The position numbers and the translations under genes were made by a program. From Polyangiaceae bacterium (GTDB lineage Bacteria > Myxococcota_A > Polyangia > Polyangiales > Polyangiaceae), in the NCBI GenBank assembly GCA_044222475.1, contig JBGANF010000013.1, forward strand, positions 32,356 through 96,355: 64,000 nt of DNA. Direction: 5' to 3'. Within the stretch, counting starts at the first letter, position 1. Every line of letters starts with the position of its first letter. Shown here piece after piece: positions 39,049 through 47,732 of this stretch. The notes beneath the pieces were generated by a model, which was given only the letters and a program-made list of their open reading frames with translations, was not told where the DNA came from and did no database searches.

Positions 39049-39756
39049 TCAGTAGCCGCCGGGGCGGGTCTGGATCGTGAGGAGGTTGAAGACGCGCTCT
39101 TGGGTCGCGTCGAGGTCGTGCTGGATGTTCTTCGCGCGCTGGTGGAGGATCAGGTGCGCGACCATGCAGGTCACCGCGATGCCGAGGCCGAACGCGGTGT
39201 TGTACATGGCTTCGGCGATGCCGTTCGCGAGGATGCGCTGCTTGTCGGCTTGCGACAGGCCTTGCGCGGCGACGGCGCCGAAGGTGTGGATGAGACCGAG
39301 GACGGTTCCGAGGAGACCGACGAGGGTCGCGATGTTCGCGAGCGACCAGAGCGAGCCGACGCGCTTCTCGACGGCGGGCTTCAGCTCGCCGATCTTCTCG
39401 CTCATCGCGGCGTCGATCTCGTCCGGGCCCTTGTTGGCGTGGGTGAGACCCGCCTTGACGAGCTGGAGCACGGGGTAGTCACCCGCGTCGCACATCTTGA
39501 TCGCGCGATCGATGTTGCCCGCGACGACGAGCTTCTTGATCTGCGCGAAGAACTCCTTCGAGTTCACCCGGTACTTGGAGAGCTGGAAAGCGGCGCGCTC
39601 CACGATCATCGCGATGACGATCGCGCTGACGACGAGGTTGATCGAGAGAAAGGTCGGGTTCTCTTTGAAGGCCTCCATGAGGCCTCCAGAGCTTCCACCA
39701 CCACCGCCGGCCGCGGCCGCAGCCGGTGCCGCCGCATTGATAAGGACAACGAACAT
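39049..39756 (-). CDS. MotA/TolQ/ExbB proton-channel protein (AglR paralog)
   Basis: ATLVGLLGTVLGLIHTF…GIAEAMYNTAFGL. Confidence 0.94.
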   Translation of the reverse strand: MFVVLINAAAPAAAAAGGGGGSSGGLMEAFKENPTFLSINLVVSAIVIAMIVERAAFQLSKYRVNSKEFFAQIKKLVVAGNIDRAIKMCDAGDYPVLQLVKAGLTHANKGPDEIDAAMSEKIGELKPAVEKRVGSLWSLANIATLVGLLGTVLGLIHTFGAVAAQGLSQADKQRILANGIAEAMYNTAFGLGIAVTCMVAHLILHQRAKNIQHDLDATQERVFNLLTIQTRPGGY

Positions 39757-40460
39757 CCCCGATGCTCCTTTCGAACTCGCTCTGTCTCGTTCGTGAATGG
39801 CTAGGCCGCGCCAACCGGATCTACGACTGCCGGCGCCGCCGCGAAAAAACGTTGCTGCAGGGTAAGGTGCAGCAGGCCAACGAACGATACCCGGTCGCTG
39901 AAAGCGAAGTCAACGTCGGCTCGCGTTCCCTTCGCCTCCGTCGCCCTGCCGCCAGTACCTCCAGCAGTACCTCCAGTGAGATGGTGCGAGGCGATCGACG
40001 AAAAGGATCACCCCAGAGTCGAGAGGAGAGTCGAAGAAGTTTGCGCGTCGGCAATTCCAGTGGTGGCATAAAGCTTCATAAGGGCCTGAAATGAGGAACT
40101 TTTTTCGCCCCTCTGGACCCCAAATCGACCCAATATCTGTTGACGCTCGGCCGTCAGAATTGGCATGCTGCGCGGTGCCGCGCATTTGCCCGGAGCGCTT
40201 GGCGGTCGCGTGTCCCAATTTGGGAACACTCGCCCCCCACGCGCCATGCACTTAGCCCCGATCACTTCGCAAACCCCGCCGCGACCCACCGCCGAAAGCA
40301 GATGCTTGCGCCGGATGGATTCATTCCGGTAGTCTCCCCAAGCTTTTTCCACGCGTGGGCCGATTTCTGATTTTCGGGCTAGGCCCCCGCACCTGATTGA
40401 CGATGCGCTCTACTCGGTGACACCGACACATTGCGCGACCTTCGAGGAGGACGAATTCCA

Positions 40461-41117
40461 ATGGCTGCGATCTGGAAGCACTTCAAGGACGGTGGATGGG
40501 GCATGTACCCCATCGTGCTCTGGTCGATCCTTACGATCGGCATCATCATCGAGCGCGCGCTCTACCTGTTCGGCTCGTCGATCAACAAGGACGTCTTCCT
40601 CGCCACGATGCAGAAGTGCATCCTCGCAGGTGACGTCGCGAAGGCAGTGAAGATGTGCTCGGCGGCGAACGCGCCGCTCGCGCGCATCGTTCAGGCCGGC
40701 CTCGTGAAGGTCAACCGTCCGGACGAAGAAGTCCAGGCGGCGATGGACGAAGCCGCTCTCCGCGAGATCCCGAAGATCGCGAAGCGCACGGGCTTCCTCG
40801 CGCTCCTCGCGAACCTCGCGATGCTCTCCGGTCTCCTCGGAACCGTCTCTGGTCTGATCCAGAGCTTCGGCGCCGTCTCCGGTGAAAGCGTCGACCCGAG
40901 CCAGAAGGCACGCATCCTCGCCGAAGGTATTTCGGAAGCGATGAACTGCACCGCCTTCGGTCTCATCGTCGCCATCATCGGTCTCATCGGCTTCGCCGTT
41001 CTCAACGGCAAGACGCAGACCCTCGAAGACGACATCAACGAGGCGAGCGTGCAAGTGCTCAACCTCGTCGTGTCGAACCGCCAGAAGGTCAACCTCGGCG
41101 GCGTTCCGCAAGCCTGA
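40461..41117 (+). CDS. aglR: MotA/TolQ/ExbB protein, gliding motor subunit AglR-like
   Basis: GWGMYPI…SINKDVFL…GLLGTVSGLI…GISEAMNCTAFGL…DDINEASV; GAGGAGG RBS. Confidence 0.85.
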   Translation: MAAIWKHFKDGGWGMYPIVLWSILTIGIIIERALYLFGSSINKDVFLATMQKCILAGDVAKAVKMCSAANAPLARIVQAGLVKVNRPDEEVQAAMDEAALREIPKIAKRTGFLALLANLAMLSGLLGTVSGLIQSFGAVSGESVDPSQKARILAEGISEAMNCTAFGLIVAIIGLIGFAVLNGKTQTLEDDINEASVQVLNLVVSNRQKVNLGGVPQA

Positions 41118-41193
41118 GGTTCGTGAATCGAAGAGCACGTCGTCTCATCGAGGCGGCGTGCTCCTCGAAGGTCTCGTTTGACAAGGAGTCCCC

Positions 41194-41808
41194 ATGGCGG
41201 GTGTAGACGTAGGCGGCGGCGGCGGAAAGGGGAAGAGGTCCCTCGACTCGGAGATCAACATGATCCCGTTCATCGACCTCTTGATGGTCACGATCTCCTT
41301 CCTCCTCATCACGGCAGTGTGGTCGCACATGGCCCGCATCAACGCGGACGCCCAAGTGCCAGGACCGCCCCGGCCGGATGTCGAGCAAGAGAAGACCGAG
41401 CCCGAGAAGGTGCTGCACATCGAGATGCGTGATCCGACCAAGTTCGTCCTCAGCTGGAAGTCGGGCGCGCAGGTCGTCGACTCGACCGAGGTCCCCCGCG
41501 TGGACCACATGGAAGAGAAGAACGGCACCAAGTCGATCAAGTACGGCGTCGCGATGACCGAGAAGGACAAGTGCAACACCGACGGCTCGCTCGCCGCGGT
41601 CATCTGCGCTCAGTGGAAGGACAAGGGGTCCCACAAGGACACGACCGATCGCAAGCTCGACCAGGTCGTCCTCCACACCGACAACGACACTCTCTACATC
41701 AACATCATCGCGGTCATCGACGCGGTCTACGGCACCCAGCGTGACCAGAACGTCGACGGGAAGCCGAAGCCGCGCCCGGCCTTCAACATCACCTTCGCGG
41801 TGAACTGA
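41194..41808 (+). CDS. aglQ: ExbD/TolR protein, AglQ-like
   Basis: GGGKGKRSLDSEINMIPFIDLLMVTISFLLITAVW. Confidence 0.8.
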   Translation: MAGVDVGGGGGKGKRSLDSEINMIPFIDLLMVTISFLLITAVWSHMARINADAQVPGPPRPDVEQEKTEPEKVLHIEMRDPTKFVLSWKSGAQVVDSTEVPRVDHMEEKNGTKSIKYGVAMTEKDKCNTDGSLAAVICAQWKDKGSHKDTTDRKLDQVVLHTDNDTLYINIIAVIDAVYGTQRDQNVDGKPKPRPAFNITFAVN

Positions 41809-41814
41809 GGACCC

Positions 41815-42354
41815 ATGTCGATCCATCAACCCGGCCGCCGCTTGATGCACTTCGTGCGGCTGCAGTTCGTGCTCCGCAAGGTGACCGGTCACGGTCACCG
41901 CTCGACGAACGCAGGTCTGTCGCTCACGTCGATGATCGACTTCCTCATCGTCGTCGTCGTCTTCCTCCTCATGACGTTCAGCGCATCGGGCGAGACGCCG
42001 CCGGCCAAGGGAATCCACATCCCGACCGCGGAGAACACGCTCGACATGCTCGACGCGCCGATGGTCGCGATCAACGGCGCCCAGATCCTCGTCGACGGCA
42101 CGCCCGCCGGCAACACCCGCGCGATCGAAGACGCGAAGCGCGTCCAGCGCATCGACGAGCTCTTCAACATCCTGAAGGGCAAGCGCGACGTGTGGAAGCA
42201 GCTCCACCCCGGCAAGGACTTTCCGGGTGTCGTCGTCCTCCAAGTCGACCAGGACGTCCCCGCGCTCGTCGTGAAGAGCACCTTCCAGACGGCGGCCTTC
42301 GCCGGCTATCCGAACGTCAGCTTCATGGTCAACCAGGCCCCGAAGAGTCACTGA
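41815..42354 (+). CDS. aglS: ExbD/TolR protein, AglS-like
   Basis: LTSMIDFLIVVVVFLLMTFSASGE; third gene of the motor trio. Confidence 0.78.
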   Translation: MSIHQPGRRLMHFVRLQFVLRKVTGHGHRSTNAGLSLTSMIDFLIVVVVFLLMTFSASGETPPAKGIHIPTAENTLDMLDAPMVAINGAQILVDGTPAGNTRAIEDAKRVQRIDELFNILKGKRDVWKQLHPGKDFPGVVVLQVDQDVPALVVKSTFQTAAFAGYPNVSFMVNQAPKSH

Positions 42355-42431
42355 GCGCGACCCGCGAACGGTGATGCTCAAGGCCGTTGGTCTCGACCAA
42401 CGGCCTTTTCTTTTGCAGGTTCCAAAGCCCC

Positions 42432-43409
42432 ATGCCCCCGCCTCCGAAAGAGAAACGAAAGCTCGGCCTCCCCGCGGTCCACGAAGGTCGCGAGAAGCGC
42501 CAGAAGGGCAGCTACAGCAAGCCCACCGGCACCATCTGGCTGGTCATCGGCGGCGGGCTCATCGCGTCGCTCCTCATCTACCGCTACGTCGCCGGCGGCG
42601 AGCTCGAGCGCAAGCGGGAGAGCCTCCTCGGCAAGCAGAAGGCGACCGAGGTCACCCTCGGCGCGCAGTGGACGCCCCTTCGCGACCGGATCGAAAAGTG
42701 GGTCGTCGCTCAATCGGGCGGGTACGCGGGCGACAGCGTCAGCCCCGACGTGAAGTCGTGGGACTTCCGCGCGCAGCCGGGCATCTACCTGCGCCTCCGC
42801 GTCGAAGACGCGACCTCGCCGGAGGCGATCCGCAAGAACGCCGAGGGCTCGCTCCGTGACGGGTTCACGGGATGCTTCCTCCGAGGCAAGGCCGACGCGC
42901 TGGCGCGCGGCGAGCCCGACGCGGCCGTCTTCAGCGACCAGCCATGGAACCTGCGGCAGGCCTACTCGTCGACGCGCGTGCTGACGCCCGGGTGGGTCAG
43001 CGAGGTCAAGGCGGCGGACGACCTCCTGCGGCTGCGGGTGTTCGAGCAGCAGTACGAAAAGGCCGAGGCGGAGGAGATCCCGCGGGCGATCTCGATCGTG
43101 CAGAAGGCGCAGTTCTTGCTGCTCGTCCTCGACGAGAAGGCGGACGAAGCGCCCGATCCTCAGAGCGACGGAGGGCTCACGAACGCCGAGTCGTTGCAGC
43201 TCGCGCCGCACTGGGCTCGGGTCGCGATCCTCGATCTGCGTACCCCGAACGAGACGCCGGTGTTTCGGCTCCGTCGCTACGCGTCGGGGACCTTCTACTT
43301 CGCGGGCGAGAAGCAGGTCAGCGATCCGGAGACGCTCGATGCGATGAAGCGGCAGGTGAACAACTGCGCGCTGTCGAACGCGGTGACGGCGGATCTCGGG
43401 TTGAAGTAG
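42432..43409 (+). CDS. hypothetical single-pass membrane protein
   Basis: N-terminal TM helix (TIWLVIGGGLIASLLIY); high GC3 codon usage. Confidence 0.75.
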   Translation: MPPPPKEKRKLGLPAVHEGREKRQKGSYSKPTGTIWLVIGGGLIASLLIYRYVAGGELERKRESLLGKQKATEVTLGAQWTPLRDRIEKWVVAQSGGYAGDSVSPDVKSWDFRAQPGIYLRLRVEDATSPEAIRKNAEGSLRDGFTGCFLRGKADALARGEPDAAVFSDQPWNLRQAYSSTRVLTPGWVSEVKAADDLLRLRVFEQQYEKAEAEEIPRAISIVQKAQFLLLVLDEKADEAPDPQSDGGLTNAESLQLAPHWARVAILDLRTPNETPVFRLRRYASGTFYFAGEKQVSDPETLDAMKRQVNNCALSNAVTADLGLK

Positions 43410-43480
43410 AAGCGGAAGCGGAAGCGGAAGCGGAAGCGGAAGCGGAAGCGGAAGCGGAAGCGGAAGCGGAAGCGGAAGCG
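43409..43480 (+). repeat. (GAAGCG)12 hexamer array, left flank of the double cassette
   Basis: 12 perfect units beginning at the TAG of the upstream gene. Confidence 0.95.
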
Positions 43481-43490
43481 GAGCTTGGGT

Positions 43491-43505
43491 GTCCCAATGT
43501 GGGAC
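43491..43505. promoter_or_regulatory. palindrome GTCCCA-N3-TGGGAC
   Basis: gtcccaatgtgggac; also at 44567-44581 and, with one mismatch, 55776-55790. Confidence 0.65.
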
Positions 43506-43539
43506 ATGAGGCTCTCGCGTCGCGCTCCGGCGCGCGGGG

Positions 43540-43710
43540 CTTACTGTGCCTCGCTCGGCTTTTTCGATCGTGCCAGCTTGCTCGGCGGCATCAAGGCCAA
43601 GCCGCCTTCGGCGGTGGCGCGCGAAGCGCGCGCCAGCCTTGACGCCGCCTCCGCGAGCTGGCGCGGCGAAAACGCCGTCGCGCGGGTGCGCGGGGGGCAA
43701 GGAGAACACC
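43540..43710 (+). promoter_or_regulatory. conserved structured leader, copy 2
   Basis: Same fold as copies 1 and 3 with several compensatory pairs; AAGGAGA RBS. Confidence 0.8.
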
Positions 43711-44008
43711 ATGCTCAGAATTCAGGGTTTCGCTCTCGATACGGTTCAGTCGTTGGATCACCGCTCAGGATCCAGACCTCGGGCGGCAGCTGCGGCGCGC
43801 GGCGTCCAGCATCGTCCTCAACATTGCGGAAGGCTCAGGACACCGGAACGGCAACTCGCGGCTGCGCTTCCGAAGCGCCTTCGGCTCCACCAGGGAAACG
43901 ATGGCGGCCCTGGAGCTCGCGGCAGCATGGGGCTACGTCGAACGGGACGAGCAAGTGCTCGCGGCGCTCGATCGCATCGCGGGAACGCTGTACCGGTTGG
44001 CGGCGTGA
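43711..44008 (+). pseudogene. four helix bundle protein, copy 2, frameshifted
   Basis: MLRIQGFALDTVQSL then frame change to ITAQDPDLGRQLRRAASSIVLNIAEG…TLYRLAA*; 17 nt missing versus copy 3 near 43756. Confidence 0.88.
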
Positions 44009-44014
44009 GAGGAA

Positions 44015-44041
44015 GCGGGGCCCGCAACGCGCGGGCCCCGC
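44015..44041. terminator. 11-bp GC hairpin shared by the convergent copies 2 and 3
   Basis: gcggggcccgc-aacgc-gcgggccccgc. Confidence 0.7.
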
Positions 44042-44047
44042 CAACCT

Positions 44048-44362
44048 TCAGTGCGTGAGACGATGCAGGGTTGCTGCGATGCGGTCGAGAGCGTCGACGA
44101 TGCGCTCGTCGCGCGGGGTGAAGCCCCAGGCTGCCGCGAGCTCGAGCGCCGCAGCGGTTTCGCGCGTGGAGCCGAGGGCAGTGCGGAAGCGCTGCCGCGA
44201 GACGCCGTCCCGAGAGCCGTGACCCTCGGCGATGTTGAGGACGATGCTGGAGGCCGCGCGCCGAAGCTGGCGCCCCAAGTCCGGGTCCTGAGCCGAAACC
44301 TCCCGGACGACGGGAGCCAAAGAGCGGACGGTTTCGAGAGCAAACACTTGAATCTGCAACAT
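44048..44362 (-). CDS. four helix bundle protein (IVP/Avd-like), copy 3
   Basis: 104 aa, DPDLGRQLRRAASSIVLNIAEG…RFRTALGSTRET; AAGGAGA RBS. Confidence 0.92.
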   Translation of the reverse strand: MLQIQVFALETVRSLAPVVREVSAQDPDLGRQLRRAASSIVLNIAEGHGSRDGVSRQRFRTALGSTRETAAALELAAAWGFTPRDERIVDALDRIAATLHRLTH

Positions 44363-44530
44363 GGTGGTTCTCCTTTGCCCCCGGCGCACCCGCGCGAAGG
44401 CACGTTCGCCTCGCCACGGCGCGCAGGCCGGCTCAAGGCTGGCGCGCTCCTGCGCGCCACCGCCGAAGGCGGCTTGGCCTTGAACCGGCCGAGCACCGTG
44501 GCACGATCGAACGGCCGAGCGAGGCAGGGT
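44363..44530 (-). promoter_or_regulatory. conserved structured leader, copy 3
   Basis: Near-identical to 16685-16855; apical loop differs (agga versus gaagc) while the stem is kept. Confidence 0.8.
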
Positions 44531-44582
44531 AGGCACTAGCGACCGGAGGATGTCCGAGCATCACACGTCCCAAACTGGGACG

Positions 44583-44726
44583 GACTCGGAAGCGGAAGCG
44601 GAAGCGGACTCGGAAGCGGAAGCGGAAGCGGAAGCGGAAGCGGAAGCGGAAGCGGAAGCGGAAGCGGAAGCGGAAGCGGAAGCGGAAGCGGAAGCGGAAG
44701 CGGAAGCGGAAGCGGAAGCCGAATCA
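44583..44726 (+). repeat. hexamer array of about 24 units, mostly GAAGCG with GACTCG variants; right flank of the double cassette
   Basis: Directly visible; ends in the stop codon of the glycerate kinase gene. Confidence 0.95.
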
Positions 44727-45851
44727 GCGACGGAAGACCACGTGCAGATCCGCCAGGTTGTTTCCGGTGGGGTGCTCCGCGATCGCCGTTCCGGCTCGAA
44801 GGTGCAACTCGCCCGTGTCGAAGCGCGCGATCGCATTGTCGGCGCCGTCGATGGGACCACTGACGATCGCTCCCGCGGTCCCGCTGACCCCGTCGACTCC
44901 ATCGCTCGCGGCGGCGAGAAACGCCACGCCCGGTGGCAACGACTGCGCGACTCGCGCCGCCAGATGCGTCGAGCGCCCTCCGCGACCGGCGGACGCGGGG
45001 ACCACGAGCGACGGTTCGGCCACGCGCACGACGGCGGTGCGCGGCGCCATGGATGTTGCAGTCTGCACGTATTCGGTCGCGAGCTCGTCCACGCTCGCGA
45101 TCGACGGCGCGAGCACGGTGACGGAGAAGCCTCGCTGCTCGAGCGCCGCCGTTGCGGCGCGCGCGAGTACCTCGGGTGACGACGCGACGACGCACGGGGC
45201 CGGCGCGAGGTCCTTCGGCGTCTCGTGGAGCGGAAGCCCGAACAGCCCCGCGCTCTCGGCGATGCGACGCGCGTCCTCGACCGTCGACGCATCGGGCAAG
45301 CTGGGACCGGAGCCGACCGCGCTCGCGTCGCCGAAGAGCACGTCGCTCACGACGACCGTGATGCGCGGGTGGTCTCCCGCGGCTTTGGCGAGCCCACCAC
45401 CCTTGATGCGCGAGAGGTGCGCGCGCACGACGTTGATCCGAGCGACGTCGAGGCCTGCGCGGAGGAGCGCGCGGGTCACGTCCTGTTTTCCCGCCAGCGA
45501 GAAGTCCGCGTAGGGCGCGCAGAGCATCGCCGAGGCGCCGCCCGAGACGAGAAACAGACGGATCGCATCGCCGCCGCTCGCCGCGAACGCGAGCGCAGCC
45601 TCTGCAGCGTCGATGCTCGTCCGATCCGGGACCGGGTGCGCGCCGCCGAACGTGCGACCTTCGTCCGGCGCGAGCGACCACGCGTCGCGCGCGCCCTCGA
45701 GCATCGCCCCCGCCGCCTTGCCGACGGCGATCGCCCGAACCGGCTTCATCGGCCGAGGCATCGCGGCGAGCGCCTCGCGCACGCGCGCCCGCGGCTCGGA
45801 GAACGCGAGCGCATCGCTGCGCACGGCGAGGAGCAGATCGCGCGGAGTCAC
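44724..45851 (-). CDS. glycerate kinase type 2 (DUF4147/MOFRL)
   Basis: VGKAA, HPVPD, LVSGGASA, HLSRIKGGGL, GRGGRS, SDGVDG, TGNNLADL. Confidence 0.92.
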   Translation of the reverse strand: MTPRDLLLAVRSDALAFSEPRARVREALAAMPRPMKPVRAIAVGKAAGAMLEGARDAWSLAPDEGRTFGGAHPVPDRTSIDAAEAALAFAASGGDAIRLFLVSGGASAMLCAPYADFSLAGKQDVTRALLRAGLDVARINVVRAHLSRIKGGGLAKAAGDHPRITVVVSDVLFGDASAVGSGPSLPDASTVEDARRIAESAGLFGLPLHETPKDLAPAPCVVASSPEVLARAATAALEQRGFSVTVLAPSIASVDELATEYVQTATSMAPRTAVVRVAEPSLVVPASAGRGGRSTHLAARVAQSLPPGVAFLAAASDGVDGVSGTAGAIVSGPIDGADNAIARFDTGELHLRAGTAIAEHPTGNNLADLHVVFRR

Positions 45852-46435
45852 CGGGGCGTCTCGTCGCCGAGGTCGACGGTGTTCGTGCCGAAGATCTGCT
45901 GCCACGTGAGCAGGATGGAGACGTAGATCGCCCGCTCGTCGGCGGTGACCGGATCGCGATAGCCCAGCGTCGTGCGATCCCAGCGCACCCCGGCGTGGGC
46001 CGACAGAAACAGCCCGCTCGCGCGGGGAAAGAACGGAAACTCGAGCGCGCCCCCGAACTGAAGGCCGTAGCGGTCGCCGAACGCCCCGCCGTCGGGCGAG
46101 GCGAAGAACGCGCCGACCTCGAACGCGAACGAGTCGAGGAAGAGGTCCGGGTAGGCCTTGCCGAACTCGAGCCCTTGGAGCCAACGGCCGAGGAAGAGCG
46201 GCCGGAGCTCGATGCCGGTCGCGAGCAGGCGGTTCGGCGACGAGCCGCCGAAGCCCTCTTCGTAGCTGACGAAGAAACCTGCACTCTGCAAATACCTCAG
46301 GCGGAGATCGACGACCCCGCGGGGCGCGCGCGGACCGAACGTCGCTCCTGCGCCGGCTCGGATCGCGAGATCGCCCTCGATTCGACCGTACGTTGCGTCG
46401 TGGGCGGCTTGCGCCACGATCGCGACCTCAAGCAA
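45848..46435 (-). CDS. hypothetical protein, beta-strand rich (possible outer membrane)
   Basis: Overlaps both neighbours in an operon; YGRIEGDL motif. Confidence 0.65.
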   Translation of the reverse strand: MLEVAIVAQAAHDATYGRIEGDLAIRAGAGATFGPRAPRGVVDLRLRYLQSAGFFVSYEEGFGGSSPNRLLATGIELRPLFLGRWLQGLEFGKAYPDLFLDSFAFEVGAFFASPDGGAFGDRYGLQFGGALEFPFFPRASGLFLSAHAGVRWDRTTLGYRDPVTADERAIYVSILLTWQQIFGTNTVDLGDETPR

Positions 46436-47732
46436 AGCTCGCCTCGTCGGCGATGGCGCGCGTGAGATCGTCGCGCAGCTCGGCGGCGAAGACGAGGCGC
46501 GTGCGCTCGAGCCGCTCGTCCTTGATCTTGGAGAGGAGAAACGACACCTCGCTGAGGCGGCGGGCCGGCCCCTTCGAGAACACGACCCACGGCGCGCCTT
46601 CGGATTCGAACGGAGTGTCCGCCGCGACGTCGAGGCCGACGTGCACGTCGGGGTCGAGCCCGGCCGCCGTCGCGATGTCCCGAGCGATGGCGAGCGCGCG
46701 GGCCTTGCCGGTCGCGGTGGCCTGCGGGCCGAAGAGCTCGAGCGTCTTGAACAGCGAGCGGTTGCGCACGCGCTTGCAGAGATCGGCGAGCGGTCCGTCC
46801 GAGCCGTTCTCCCACGCGTGCATGGTGACTGCGAGCACGGCGTCGTCGAGCTCGAGGTATTCGGCGAGCGGGATCTCCTGGTGATGGGCGGCGAGCTCCA
46901 CCGCGCGCGGCGTCTGCGGGAGGCGCGTGCCGTCGCCGATGGTGCGCGCGGCGCGGGCGAGGATCGTGCGGATCATCCACTCGGCCGAGCGCGTCGCCTT
47001 GTGGAGATAGACCTGCTGGAACATCGAGAGGCGCGCGATGAGGAACGCCTCGATCGCGGGGAGGCCCTTCGCGCCGTCGATCGCGAGCTCTGGCGCGGCG
47101 CCGGGCGACGCCGGCGGCGCGAACCGAAGGCTGCGCAGGAGCCAATCGAGATCGAACACTCCGTAGCGCACGCCGGTCGCGTAAGCGTCGCGAAGGAGGT
47201 AGTCGCAGCGGTCGACGTCGAAGGTGCCGCTCACGGAGCTCGCGAGGTAGGGCAGAGGATGCTCGCCGCGGACCAGCGCCGCGACGCGCGCCGGCATGCC
47301 GGGATCCTCGGCGATGAGCGCCTGATGGACGCCCGTCGACGGGTCGAGGACGATGCGCTCGGTCCACTCTTCGTGGTGGGCCACGCCGTCGATCGCGTCT
47401 TCGAAGAGATGCGACAGCGGTCCGTGTCCGACGTCGTGGAGGAGCGCGGCGGCCAGGGCGTCGCGCGCGCGCTCGGTCGTGACTTGCTGCCAGTAGGGGA
47501 GCTCGTGGTGGATCGCGCGAAGGCGCGCGAGGAGCGACCGCATCACGAACGCCGCTCCCACCGCGTGCGAGAAGCGGCTGTGCTCCGCTCCAGGGAACGC
47601 CAGCGACGCGACCCCGAGCTGGCGGATGCGTCGGAGACGCTGGACCTCGGGCGTGTCGACGAGGCGCGGGACGATGAGCTCCTCCTCGGCTTCGAACGAG
47701 ACGAGCCCGTGGACGGCGTCGCGCAGGATCAC
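46428..47732 (-). CDS. HD-domain phosphohydrolase (dNTPase-like)
   Basis: RDAVHG, QRLRRIRQLG, HSRFSH, LLHDVGHGPLSH, DVDRCDYLLRD, VYLHK. Confidence 0.94.
   Translation of the reverse strand: MILRDAVHGLVSFEAEEELIVPRLVDTPEVQRLRRIRQLGVASLAFPGAEHSRFSHAVGAAFVMRSLLARLRAIHHELPYWQQVTTERARDALAAALLHDVGHGPLSHLFEDAIDGVAHHEEWTERIVLDPSTGVHQALIAEDPGMPARVAALVRGEHPLPYLASSVSGTFDVDRCDYLLRDAYATGVRYGVFDLDWLLRSLRFAPPASPGAAPELAIDGAKGLPAIEAFLIARLSMFQQVYLHKATRSAEWMIRTILARAARTIGDGTRLPQTPRAVELAAHHQEIPLAEYLELDDAVLAVTMHAWENGSDGPLADLCKRVRNRSLFKTLELFGPQATATGKARALAIARDIATAAGLDPDVHVGLDVAADTPFESEGAPWVVFSKGPARRLSEVSFLLSKIKDERLERTRLVFAAELRDDLTRAIADEASFA

Noticed and set aside
43409..44726. Hexamer/18-mer arrays (also 16253-16330, 16867-16925) as CRISPR arrays
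   Set aside because: Contiguous short tandem units with no unique spacers and no cas genes in the window.
44550..45179. ORFs with EAEAEA, SASASA, LPLPLP or FRFRFR runs (also 16154-16936, 42378-43712, 43295-43507)
   Set aside because: They are read-throughs of stop-free hexamer arrays and overlap better-supported genes.
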